64,000 nucleotides of DNA from Carcharhinus amblyrhynchos. Its lineage: Eukaryota. The first letter of the stretch is position 1. Each line of letters starts with the position of its first letter. The notes under the pieces were generated by a model that was not told where the DNA came from, did not search any database, and saw only the letters and a list, made by a program, of their open reading frames with translations. Made by a program: the position numbers and the translations under genes. The stretch lies in contig OZ336872.1 in NCBI GenBank assembly GCA_965287045.1, forward strand, positions 29,574,001 through 29,638,000. The letters run 5' to 3'. Positions 23,018-34,667 of the stretch are shown here, piece after piece.

Positions 23018-23144
23018 GCACTCAGTCCAATTTGATAGGCTATTACGCTCAACATCAGTTTGGATAACAGCAATCGACTCCAGGCACAGATCTGTCCCAT
23101 TCATTTCCGTAGCACTGAATTCCTGACTGGAGCAGATTATTCTG
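23018..23144 (-). CDS. Candidate exon (RIICSSQEFSATEMNGTDLCLESIAVIQTDVERNSLSNWTEC), product unknown
   Basis: ttttatgtttcag| acceptor, TGC|GTAAGT donor, one open frame, phase-compatible with 27199-27313. Confidence 0.35.
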
Positions 23145-24225
23145 CTGAAACATAAAATACGCTGTAATACTTTGCAGCTTTTCTCGAAGGAATGCATTGG
23201 AAAGTCGTTGTTTCTTCATGTTAGTGGGGTCTTCTATACCCGATAATCTTGCCAGGTTCCAAGCTATTATAATAAACACTAACTGAAAGAGGTTGATCCT
23301 CCATTTCCAATACCTGGTGTACAGTCATCAATTCTCCCAATCGCTAATGAAAATATAAAGCCTTTTTTGTTGGGTTAACCTTTCCCTGTTTCATTAATAT
23401 GTTGCTCTATCCACATGCATAATCTTGGCAAAGTAATAACTTGTAGATGTGCCAACATCTGCCAAAAAGCTAGTTCTTTGCAATAAAATAAAAATTTATA
23501 AGAGCATTTTCTTGACTGTAACTCCCTCAGAACACAGAAACGCTGCCCACTGTATAATGTTATTCTCATTGACATGGAACTATTCACCGTCTCAGTGGAA
23601 TACATTGGTCCAGATTGTGTAGTCAGGGGAAAAACGATGACGCTCACTGCTGACCTTGAGGAAAGCTATCCACAAAGATCCAGCAGTCTTTCTGGTTCGG
23701 ATTTCACCTTCCACAATGTTAACTTCATTCAGCCGTCACTAAGCAAGAATTTCCGGCATCCAACAACAGTGGTGTCATCAACTAGGCTAAGCAGCTGATG
23801 AACGTTGTCAGACAGCAAAGCAGCAAGTTAAAAGTATTGATTGTCCTTGATTTCTCAATCATCTTACAGAGAACAAAATAATGATTGGGACATACACATG
23901 GAATTAAAGTAGAAGCTGATATTTTGTTAACAATCTTTTAAAAAAACCTTTTAAAAGTTGATATCATAATGGAAAAAGTATATTTCACAATATATTCATG
24001 GCCAGAGAGCTTGTTGAACAATAATTATGACTTTGTATGCCTTAAAAATCTAGGGTGGAATTATACGGGCATACTTTTTTATACTAAACTTGTGGGAGGG
24101 AGCCTGCCCAGGGGAAGGGCTGTTCCGGTTAATAAGCTGGAAGTAATATTTCTACCCCACAGGGTCCAGAAGTCTCGACTTGCTGCTGAGAGAGACTGGT
24201 AACTCTTGATGAACTGGTAGGAAAA

Positions 24226-24573
24226 CCAGTACATCATTCAAACCAGGCTCCCAGCCATTGACTCTGTCTACACCTCCTGCTGCCTCCGAAAAGCAGCTAG
24301 CACAATTCGGGACCCTACGCAACCCGGACATACTGTCTTCATGCAAAAGTCTAAGGACACAACAACCGACTCAAGAACGGCTTCTTCCCTGCTGCGATCA
24401 GACTTTCGAATGGACCTACCTATTGACCTTTCTCTACACCCTAGCTATGACTGTAACACTGCATTCTGCACACTGTGTCCTTCTCTATGAATGGTATGCT
24501 TTGGCCGTGTAGGGCGCAGGAAACAATACTTCTCACTGTATACTAATATATTTGACAATAATAAATCAAATCA
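24226..24573 (+). mobile_element. Rex1/Babar-type LINE 3' fragment
   Basis: ccattgactctgtctacacc...aataataaatcaaatcaa tail. Confidence 0.82.
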
Positions 24574-24777
24574 AGCAGTGGCCACAGGTGCTGCACTCGA
24601 GGCATGAGGTAGTGAGCTGCAATGGATCGGAACTTGGTAAGTATTAGGTGGTTTGTTGAGGGAGTGGGAGTCAAATTTTGAGAAGCCATAGCAGGAGGGC
24701 ATCATGAAGAGTTTATAATTGAGGGATCTTCAATGGGGTCAGCTAAGCAGGGATACTCCCGGCCCACTAGCAGGCAT

Positions 24778-25120
24778 GCTGATGGCCTAGTGGTATAAAT
24801 CACTAGACTATTAATCCAGAAACTCAGTTAATGTCCTGGGGACCCAGATTCAAATCCCACCCCAGCAGATGGTGGAATTTAAATTCAACGAAAGTACCTG
24901 GAATCAAGAATCTACTGATGACCATGAAACCATTCTCAATTGTTGGAAAAACCCATCTAGTTCACTAAGGCCCTTTAGGGAAGGAAACCTGCCACCCTTG
25001 CCTGATCTGGCCTACATGTGAGTCCAGTGCCACGGTTGACTCTGAGCTACCCTTCAAGTGCAACTCAGGATGGGCAACAAATGCTGGCCAGCCAGTGACG
25101 CACATGTTCCATGAATGAAT
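24778..25120 (+). mobile_element. tRNA-headed SINE family B
   Basis: tggcctagtggta head, ttcaaatcccacc B-box, gggaaggaaacctgcc core. Confidence 0.82.
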
Positions 25121-26343
25121 AAATAAAAGGGAATTAAGCTGTGCTGGCCACTTGGTATTTACCCCTCTCACACCACTACTGAAATGCCAGTGGCAGCAGA
25201 ATTGGGCCCTTAGGTGAGCATTAAATAATGTGGAGATAAAGGAAACCAGTATCCTCTCACGTCCAATGGGTTCCGGCCTTCCAAGCTTCCATCTACCCGG
25301 AGAAGAAGTATGCAGAACATTTTGCTGCCTCATGCCCAGTACAGTACAAACTACTATTCAACCAACTAAATTTAATGATTTTCACTAAATTTCTACGATT
25401 AGAAACTGGAAGATACTTCAAGGTTTTCTTCAGTACCGACTACTACATAAATGTTCCATGTAATGAAACCAGATGCTCATTGTTAAATGAAGCAGGAAGT
25501 CTCCGAATATCAATCACACGTTTAGTTTTACAATTCACACCTGAGACAGCTGCTCCCCTTTGACTCAGTGAACAGAAACTAATCTCAATGAAGGGTATCT
25601 GCAGATAGCTTTGCATATAATGCGCCTGTCGCTCTTTCACACTTCCAATTTTGTGATGCGGATGTAAAATGCTTTATGTGAGCGTCAGGGGCAGATTATA
25701 TTGAGCCAAATCCCAAATGAGTAGATGGTAAGACTCAAAATAATCAGTTTTAAAGATTCCCGCTCATCAATATACCTTTGCATTTTCTTTCTCATTATTC
25801 CCCTTTTAAATATTACACCTTTTACTATTATAATTTAAACAGTTGATAACTGTCTAACAGCTGTTGCCTATTGAAAAACAGATCAATTACATGCTGCATC
25901 CTCCAACCGGAATGACACAAGGCTGAGGATGTCATGGCAACAGAGCATTGCAACTAGTCTCTTGTCCCTATTGACTCTGATGAAAAGGTGCACTCCTGAA
26001 AATACTTTCCTCCATGTTTCTCCAGAGACTTCCCTTTGTTGTTGTGAAGACTCCATATAGTCTATACAGCAACATCCAGAAGTAATCATTGGCATTATAC
26101 ACACTGAGAACACTCAATTTCCCATCCTGTTAGATAGTAAATAGAGCCTTGGAAATGACATTACCTAAACATGATGAATCGATGACTACTGAAACACTGT
26201 TCACAAATCGGTCAGAGATTGGAGAGGACAGACCTTCTGGAAGTTTTTTTTAAGTAAATCCATGCAGAATATCGCAACTGATTGCATTCAACTTCACTGG
26301 CACAGTAAGCTTCTCAATGGGAACATCTCTGGCAAATACAACC

Positions 26344-26524
26344 TGATGTGGAGATGCCAGCATTGGACTGGGGTAAGAACAGTAAGAAGTCTCACAACAC
26401 CAGGTAAAAGTCCAACAGGTTTATTTGGTAGCACAAGCTTTCAGACTGTCACTTCTTCTTCAGGTAGCAACACTCCGAAAGCTTATGCTACCAAATAAAT
26501 CTGTTGGATTTTAACCTGGTGTTG
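26344..26524. mobile_element. Penelope-like insert (family P1): minus-strand copy with tail plus inverted partial copy; hammerhead core with decayed stem II
   Basis: Homologous to 13241-13458; imperfect TSD AAAT(A/G)CAACC at 26334-26343 and 26525-26534; minus strand UAC CUGAAGA..GAAA GC UU GUG at 26432-26466. Confidence 0.8.
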
Positions 26525-27198
26525 AAATGCAACCCTCCCAGTCTCAGTAGCGAATGCAAGCAGAAAAAAGCCTCTCATGAGCCTAGCCATCAGCAACATA
26601 CCAGTTTCTATCAATAGGTCCTTACAGTTGTCCAAAATTGGTGACTTTGATATACACCAGCACAGAGATGGCTGGTGTGCAAGAGGCCAACAGTTACACG
26701 GAGGAACAGGAGGAATAACAAAATAGATCATCAGTAAAAGTACATCACCCCAAAGGCAAAAAAAAAAGTGAGAGATCTGAAATGGCAGCAGAAAATACCG
26801 GAAGTAGTTAACAGATTCCGGTTCATCAGTGGAGGGCAAATCAGTTAACATTTAAGACATATGCAGATCTCCCACAAGCTACGCAGAGTAGCCAATGCAG
26901 AATGCCCACTTTGGAGCTCATCTGACAGCAAATAAACTCAACAATTTTAGCGGAGTACAGATTGGTTGGTTATATAAGTTGACACAGGAAGTCACAAAAC
27001 CTAATTTCCAATTCAGTAATCAAGGTGACCCTTATCACAAAAAATAACTTAGTGATTCCCAACATGTACTTAAACATTGGAAAACTACCTGTTGTAACTG
27101 CTTTCTGTGTATTTTGTCTCTTTAGAGATAATAAGGTCAAACTATTTGATGTGTAAAAGAAAACAGGTTTGTAGTGAATTGACATACTTTAATCTCAC

Positions 27199-27313
27199 TT
27201 GATCCTCTTTCCACTGAAGTTACACGAGGATAATCTTTGCTGACTCATTTCTGACCCTGGCACTGCTTTAGCTTGGTTGGAAATGAAAAACAATTGGTAA
27301 CTTTTCCAACCCA
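27199..27313 (-). CDS. Candidate exon (GWKSYQLFFISNQAKAVPGSEMSQQRLSSCNFSGKRI), product unknown
   Basis: Strong acceptor ttgtttttgtttctcag|, donor AA|GTGAGA, only one open frame. Confidence 0.3.
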
Positions 27314-27579
27314 CTGAGAAACAAAAACAAATGGGTGAAGAATCAGCTGCCAATAGACTACCAGCCCGTTTCTGACACAGACACGTTTCACCATCTATTA
27401 GTTCCTTTTTAAAGACAGTTTGTGTGAAGGACACAAACATAGTCCTCTGAGCTCCTCAATAGAGACTGTATAATATGGTGAGGAAAGGGAATTATGCAGT
27501 GTTTATTGAAGTGTGTTCCTATTATTTGTGCTCAGAATAAATTTACAGCTTCATTGGTGGTGCATGTTATTCCTCTGTC

Positions 27580-28330
27580 ACTTTTTAATTCTTTCATGGG
27601 ATGTGGGTGTCACTGGCGAGACATATATTGCTCATTGCTAATTGCCCTTGGAGAAAGTGGTGGTGAGCTGCCATCTCAAACTACTGCAGTCCATGTGGTG
27701 TAAGTAAACCAAACTGCTGAAGGAGTTACATATTTGTGATCCAGTAACAACGAAGGAACAGTAATACATTTCCAAGTCAGGATGGGGTACGGCTGGGAGG
27801 GGAACTTGCAGATGGTGATGTTCCCTCATGTCTGCTACCCATTTTCTCCTGGACAGCAGAGTTTGCAGGTTTGGAAGATACTGTCAAAAGGTGGCCTGGC
27901 AAGTTGCTGCAGTACAGTTTGTGGATGGCACACTGTGCTGCCACTGTGCACTGGTAGTGGAGGGAATGAATGTTTAAGATGGTGAATGATGTGCTATTCA
28001 ATCAACTGTTTTGTCCTGGATGGTGTCAAGCTTCTGGAGTGTTGTTGGAACTGCATTCATCTAGGCAAGTGAAGAGTATTCTTTCACACTCCTGACTTGT
28101 ACCTTGTAAATAGTGGGGGTAGTTTGGGGTGTCAGGTGGTGAGTTATGCTCTGCAGAATTCCCAGGCTCTTGATCTGATCTTATAGCACAGTACAATCTG
28201 GCTAGTCCAGTTAATTTTCTGGTCAACGGTAATCCCGCTCCCCCCCCGCCTGGATATTGACAGTCGGGGATTCAATAATGGCAATGCCAAGGGGAGATGG
28301 TCTTTTAACTTGGCATGCGTGAACTGTTAC
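27580..28330 (-). mobile_element. CR1-clade LINE 3' fragment (second family)
   Basis: LNIHSLH..TVAA.CAIHKLYCSN remnant; its 3' end is shared with SINE family B. Confidence 0.78.
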
Positions 28331-28374
28331 CTTCTGCTTCAGTACATTTTGGCTGTTGCTTCTGAATGAACATT

Positions 28375-28742
28375 TTTAATTCATTTTACAGAATGTGGGA
28401 GGAGCTTGCTGGGCCTATCATTTATCTCCCATCTCTAATTGCCCTCCATTTCAGAGGGCGTTTGAGAGTCAGCCACATTGCTGTGGGTCTGGAGTCACAT
28501 GTAGGCCAAACGAGTAAGGATTGCAGATTTCCTTCCCTAAAGTACGTTTGTGAACCAGACAGGTTTTTATGACAATCCACAATTGTTTGTTTCATGGTCA
28601 TTATTAGACTTTTAATTCCAGATATTTACTGAATTCAAATTTCACCATCAGCCGTGGTGGGATTCGAACCTGGGTCCCCACAGCATTATCCTGGTTCTGG
28701 ATTCTAATTGAGTGACAATTCCACCATACCACCGCCTCCCCT
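28375..28742 (-). mobile_element. tRNA-headed SINE family B, full length
   Basis: Head ggggaggcggtggtatggtgg; B-box; family core. Confidence 0.85.
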
Positions 28743-29059
28743 GAAGAAAACTGTTGTTGCATGTGTGCATTCTGGTACTTTTCTTGAATCCTGCCTGAGG
28801 AACAACTCCTTGACAACAACTTAAACCTACTTAGCACCTTGAGAGTGGTCAAACACCCCAATAAACTATGAATAACGAAGGCACTGAGAGGCCTATTCAG
28901 AAAGACGGGAGGTGGAATACATCAGCAGTTTAGAAATTCAGCCTGAAATTTAAACAGAGAGTGTGTTGGTAAAATATTACAAGTGCACCAGCTCCAAAGT
29001 TAACTGTGACCCCTACCAGCATATTGATCTGAGGAAGAGATTTCCATTTAAATGCTTAC

Positions 29060-29113
29060 CTGTCCCTAATCCCTCTGGAAACTGATAGTCACCTATGCCT
29101 GCAGCAACCTATC
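29060..29113 (-). other. Candidate short exon
   Basis: ctctgtacag|GATAG| tandem acceptors (29113 or 29108) and strong CAG|GTAAGC donor; from 29108 it reads VAAGIGDYQFPEGLGT in phase with 27313. Confidence 0.28.
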
Positions 29114-29656
29114 CTGTACAGAGTGTAGAAATAGAGTAATGCATTTACTGAAGTCAACATGCACATCAGAGGGCTGCGGAGCATCAGAAGATAATACGCT
29201 GCTCATAAGCTTCATTTGAGTCTTGTTTTGAACAGACCAAAGCCAGACTGGGAATGGGAGCTAGAGAACCAGGGTTCAGCATCGCACGTGCAGAGGAACG
29301 AAGTTGTTTGACAAAACACAGTCACCCAATTTGCATTTAATCTTCTCAAGAGAAAGATAATCATACAGTGAGCATAGTGTGCTACGAGAGGAATTTAATG
29401 TAAATTCACACAATCAGAATTTTTGAGTGTAACCCATCATGTCTGCACCTGTTTTCCAAATGAACAATTTACTTATGTGTCATTCTCCCAATTTCTCCCC
29501 ATAACCCTACACGTTATTCCTTTTCAAATACAGTCTAATTCCCTTTGAAAAACATCCATTCTGTTTCTGTCACTCAGCCAATTCCACATCCACGTTGCTG
29601 CTGTCCCTTTTATTCCATGACTATAAGTTTGCTTTCAAGTCCATTGTGTAGTATTT

Positions 29657-29985
29657 TGGGAGTGGCCTAATGGTATTGTCATTGAACTAGTAATCCAGAG
29701 ACCCAGGGAAATGCTCTGGGGACCGCAATTCAAATCCCACCACGGCAGCTGATGAAATTTGAATTCAATAAAAAAAAATCTGGAATTAAAACTTGACTGA
29801 CGACCATGAAACTATTGTCAATTGTCGGAAAAACCCACCTGGTTCAAAAATGACCTTTAGGGAAGGAAATCAATCATCCTTACTTGTCTGGTCTAAATGT
29901 GACTCCAGACCCACAGCAATGTGATTAACTCTTAAATACCCTCAGGGATGGGCAATAACGATGCCCACATCCCTTGTACAAATTA
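29657..29985 (+). mobile_element. tRNA-headed SINE family B
   Basis: tggcctaatggtattg head; gtgactccagacccacagcaatgtg core. Confidence 0.85.
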
Positions 29986-30569
29986 AAATATCATCCAAAT
30001 GCCTTTGGGAAGTCCATGTACATATCACCCTAATCAACACTTACTCAAGCATGATTTTATAATCAAGAAATCCATGCTGGCTTTCCTTAATTAACCTGTA
30101 TTTGTTCATATAACGACGGTATTCCAAATGATTGGTGATGAGGAAACTTTCAGAAACAAAGTTAAACTGACTGACCTACATCACACACACAGGCAGCGCA
30201 TTAACCACTTGCTGGTGAAAAGTTTTTTTCTCAATTTCTTTTCTCATTTCTTTTGAAATTCCTTAAATTTCACCCTCATTGCCAATCCTTTTAGGAGTTG
30301 CAACAGTTCTCTCCATCTACTCTATTTGGCCTCCTCTTGATTTGTATACCTTTACCAAATCACCTCTCAGCCTTATTTTCTCCAATGAAAGTAATTCTCA
30401 TTTCTCCAATCTATCTTCATGAACTGAAGTTTCTTATTCCTGGAACCATTCTCTTGACTGCACTCTCTTCAATGCCTTCACATCTTTCCTAAAGTGCAGC
30501 ACCCAATACTCAACACTCAATACTCCAACTGAGGCTGAACTAGTGTCTTAAGTTCAACATAACCTCTTC

Positions 30570-30771
30570 ACACTCTCCCTGCCTGCATAGGTTTCCTCTG
30601 GGTACTTCTCTTTCGTCTCTCAGTTCGAGAGATGTGCTGGATAGGTGCACTGGCCATGCTAAATCTCCCTCAGTATACCCGAACAGGCACCGGAGTGTGA
30701 CAACTAGGGGATTTTCACAGTAACGTCATTGCAGTGTTAATGTAAGCCTACTTGTGACTAATAAATAAACT
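30570..30771 (+). mobile_element. HE1/V-type SINE 3' part, alternative tail
   Basis: actaggggattttcacagtaac...gactaataaataaact. Confidence 0.85.
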
Positions 30772-31330
30772 TGTTACTTGTACTGTACGCCCCTATTACC
30801 GAAGCCCAGGATACTTCCTGCACTGTAATTTTCTTTGTTCTATACTTTTTTTTCAACCAGTGACATTTGCAAATATGTCAGACCCCTCTGCTCCTGCACC
30901 CCATTTTAGTAGCCTTTATTTCTACACTCTCTCTTCAGGTTCTTCCTCACAAAATGAATTACTTCACATTTCTCCACGTTGAACTTCATCTGCCACCTGT
31001 CTGCCCATTCCACCAACTTGTTTTTGTCTTTTGAAGTTCTATGCTATTCTCCTCAGGGTGCACAATATTTCCAAATTTTTTTGTCATCCATAAATTTTGA
31101 AACTGTGCCCTGAACACCAAGATCCAGATCATTAATATAATGAGGAAGAACAAAGATCCCAACACTGATCCCTGCGGAACACCTTCCCCCAAAAAACATC
31201 CATTCATCACAACCCTGTTCCCTGACACTCAATTCCATATCCATGTTGCTCAAGTCCCTTGTGCAGTATTGTATCAAATGCCTTTTGGAAATCCATGTAC
31301 ACAACATCAACAAACTCATCCAAATCAAAC

Positions 31331-31458
31331 AAATACTGCAGAAGCTGGAAACTGGAACAAAAGCAGAAAATGCTGGAAAATCTCAGCAGGTCTGACAACA
31401 TCTGAGGAGAGAGAATAGAGCCATCATTTCAACTCAGGACGACTCTTTGTCAGAGCTC
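31331..31458 (-). mobile_element. Penelope-like terminal fragment (family P3) with decayed hammerhead core
   Basis: aaatactgcagaagctgg...tgctggaaaatctcagcaggtctg; minus strand CTGACAA..GAAATG. Confidence 0.65.
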
Positions 31459-31558
31459 TAATCTCCCCTTGTTGCCAACTCTTCAAAAATTCCAGCAAGT
31501 TACTAAAGAATGATTGTTCCACAAATCAAGGAATCCATGCTGGCTTTCCTTAATTAAC

Positions 31559-31658
31559 AATAAGAAGTCTCACAACACCAGGTTAAAGGCCAACGGGTTT
31601 ATTTGGTAGCACAAGCCACAAGCTTTCAGAGCACAAGCCCCTTCATCAGGTCTCCACA
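31559..31658 (-). mobile_element. Penelope-like insert (family P1) with 14-bp TSD and hammerhead core at 31618-31651
   Basis: TTTCCTTAATTAAC at 31545-31558 and 31659-31672; minus strand AC CUGAUGA A GGGGC-UUGU-GCUCU GAAA GC UU GU. Confidence 0.85.
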
Positions 31659-32694
31659 TTTCCTTAATTAACCCACATTTGTTCACGTGACTGCTAATGT
31701 TGTCCCAAATTATTGTTTCTGGAGGTTTCCTCACCAAAGTTAAACTGACTAGCCTGTACTTCTTGGGCTTATCTTTACATCTTTTTGAACAGGAAAATTG
31801 TTAGCCAGAAATGTTCCGTCCCGCAGGAATCGTAACAGGCAGGACAGTAAATTTGGCAGATCATTTAAAAGGCCCGTTGAACTCAAGCAGGAATTTTCTT
31901 GTCTTAGGGTGCTTGTGGCCGGAAAATCTCATCCATCATCTCTCACAGAAGGAGACAAGAGTCCCCTTCCCACTCCATAAATTACTGGCACATTTTTTGA
32001 AACACTTGATGATCGTATTCCTACTGGCCTGTATCTGTCCTTCTGTGCCTCCCTCCCCATTCTCATTTGTCATCCATAGTAGTATCATTATCACAGGAAC
32101 CTATCAAAAACAGGGTAAGTGAATTTCATATTAGGACTGGACTGAGACAGCCACTCTTATTGGCTAGTACTGTTATCCTGTATAATGATCAAGTTACTAA
32201 GGCTACAGGTTTGACTAATTCAACAGACTCACTTACAGTAGCAACTGTGTATTGTCTTAATCTTGCACTGAGACAACGCAGCTGCCAGTTTAAATTACGC
32301 CATCACTGAAGTTGTTCTCTATCACTGGTTGGGAATGGAATTATATTACATTGAATTATTATTTGTGCACCAGACTTAGCTGTATAGACAATTGAAAAAT
32401 GATTGTTTTCATTTATAGACTTTGAATCTGTTTATTTAATAGCAGATTTATTTAAGTGCTAACTAACAATCGGGTTTTTAAGTGGTAGTCCTGCCAAAGA
32501 CTGTTCCTTCTGTCCATTAATCAAACTGTGACAATATACAGACGTAGGCAATTGAATCTAAATCTCAGTTTAAATTCTTTCATGGCAACTTTTGAATTTT
32601 TAATCCCAATTTCAAAAATATCGAATAGCAGAAATACACAAAAAGATTTTTCTTGCGGAAAAACAATTTGACTGGCAAATTAGTGGTTAAAGGA

Positions 32695-32900
32695 TGGACT
32701 GGTAAGGCCCTACCATTTGTTTCCCATCCCTAATTGCCCTTGAATTGAATTATTTGCTAGACCCTTTCAGAGGTCAGTTAAGGGTCAATCATATTGCCGT
32801 AGGCCAGGCTGGACAAGGAGAGCAGATTCACTTCCATATAGTGAACCCTATTGGGTTTTTACAATAATTGATGATAACTGCCTGATTACCATTATTACTT
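32695..32900 (-). mobile_element. SINE family B fragment
   Basis: cccatccctaattgcccttg...gtaggccaggctggacaagg. Confidence 0.65.
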
Positions 32901-33083
32901 TGAGACCAACTTTCCCATTTTGAGCCTGACAATGAGGTCCTGGAACATCGGAAAACCGTCACATATTTCAGCTACCACAAATAATTCAATATTTTTCAAA
33001 TTGGTGTTCAAAAACTTGCCATTCTTTCCCCATTCTTCTGTAACGTATAAATGCCCTATGTTTAGTGTGAGAGGAAGAGTGCT

Positions 33084-33988
33084 GGCCCAGGATTCTGCTC
33101 CTAGGTCAGACGTGCAGAGATGGGAGAATTTCCATTTCTGCAAACATGATCTTTCAAAATCAGCACTGATAGGTCAGATCTTTGACCCGGGGAGATGGAC
33201 AGGCTGTATTCATTCTGGGGCCTAACTTCCACTCCATAGGCTGCTGAATGCAGAGGCAGGTTGTGGGGTAGGCCTGTCTCTGTTCTCCAACTCTTTGTTC
33301 AATTAAATTTAAAAAACAATCCTCCTCCATCACCATCCTTATACACTCACCATGTTCCACCCACACCAGTCTATGCCACCTTGTGTCACCCTTTGGCCTC
33401 TCATATCCCCTGTGCTAACCCATGGCCCCTCACATCCCCTATACTAACCCATACCTCCTCCATCCACCCCTACCCCTATGCCCTCTACATCCCCATGCCT
33501 CTTTACAGCCTTTATGCCAACTTTGCTGCCGAGTCAGGCTAACCTATGCCCCTACTCATTACTCTTTCCCCTTATCTCTGCCATGCCAACTCACCAAGTA
33601 TCCTTTGGCAACTCTTTGATAGCCTGAAAATTCCAGGACAGTTCCCTGATTGCTCGACAATTCCAAAGAATTCATGCACTTTTTTTAAAAGCACAATCAT
33701 GTTTACTTTTAACAATCCTAAAGGTGCCTTCTCCTCTCCCAAAGGTGCCCCTGGACCAGATACAAAAGGATGCCTTATCTGCCTAAAGGAGTAAGTTGGC
33801 TTTCCAAACAAATCCACCTGGTGACTCAAATGGCCAGCTACCTCCTAAACCATGCATGTGGGAAGTGCAGGCCAGACCCGACTCCCCTCCCACTGTTAGG
33901 AAAATGGGATGTGACATGTTCAGGAATAGGATTCCTTGCAATTTTTGCCAGGACAAAGCATCTTTCTGTCTTGGTGAAAATCTAAGCC
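33084..33988. mobile_element. Non-autonomous DNA transposon (Harbinger-like), decayed
   Basis: ggcccaggattct...aaaatctaagcc imperfect ends; C-rich low-complexity interior. Confidence 0.45.
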
Positions 33989-34001
33989 TTAGCTTCTTTT
34001 T

Positions 34002-34667
34002 TTATTTGATTTGATTTACTTTTGTCACGTATTAGCATACAGTGAAAAGTATTGTTTCTTCTGTGCTATACAGACAAAGCATACCGTTCATATAGAAGGA
34101 AACGAGAGAGTGCAGAATGTAGTGATACAGTCATAGCTAAGGTGTAGAGAAAGGTCAACTTAATACAAGGTAAGTTCATTCAAAAGTCTGGCAGCAGCTG
34201 GGAAGAAGCTGTTCTTGAGTCAGTTGGTACGTGACCTCAGACTTTTGTATCTTTTTCCCAAAAGGCAGCAGCAGGAGAGAATGTCCGAGGTGCATTATGG
34301 GGTCCTTAATTATGCTGGCTGCTTTGTCGAGGCAGCGGGAAGTGTAGGCAGTGTCAATGGATGGGAGGCTGGTTTGCGTGATGGATTGAGTTACATTCAC
34401 AATCTTCCTTGCGGTCTTGGGCAGAGCAGGAGCCATACCAAGATACAATCAGAAAGAATGCTTTCTATGGTGCATCTGTAAAAGTTGGTGAGAGTCGTAG
34501 CTGACATGCCAGATTTCCTTAGTCTTCTGCAAAAGTAGAGACTTTGGTGGGCTTTCTTAACTATAGTGTCAGCATGGGAGGGAGGGAGGGGAGGGGAGGG
34601 TGGGGAGTGGGGGGAGACTGGTTGTTGGTGATCTGGATACCTAAAAGCTCTCAACCCTTTCTACTTC
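34002..34667 (-). mobile_element. Rex1/Babar-type LINE 3' fragment
   Basis: IVKKAHQSLYFCRRLRKSGM..LTNFYRCTIESILS motif; (TTTGA)n tail. Confidence 0.9.

Larger units (their letters stand above)
29420..31790 (-). mobile_element. Cluster of old CR1 fragments interrupted by SINEs and Penelope-like inserts
   Basis: VDVVYMDFQKAFDT and GVPQGSVLG RT motifs in ORFs 31207-31401 and 30986-31228. Confidence 0.8.

Noticed and set aside
25891-26126. Minus-strand exon candidate
   Set aside because: Stops in all three frames and a weak donor; it could only be non-coding.
26171-26282. Box C/D snoRNA (ATGATGA ... CTGA)
   Set aside because: No convincing terminal stem or recognisable rRNA/snRNA guide; such motifs are common by chance.
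32080-32114. Plus-strand micro-exon (catccatag| ... CAGG|GTAAGT) and other plus-strand donors (24638, 34852)
   Set aside because: No phase-consistent chain or recognisable peptide. This also shows that isolated splice-like signals arise by chance, which limits confidence in the minus-strand exons.
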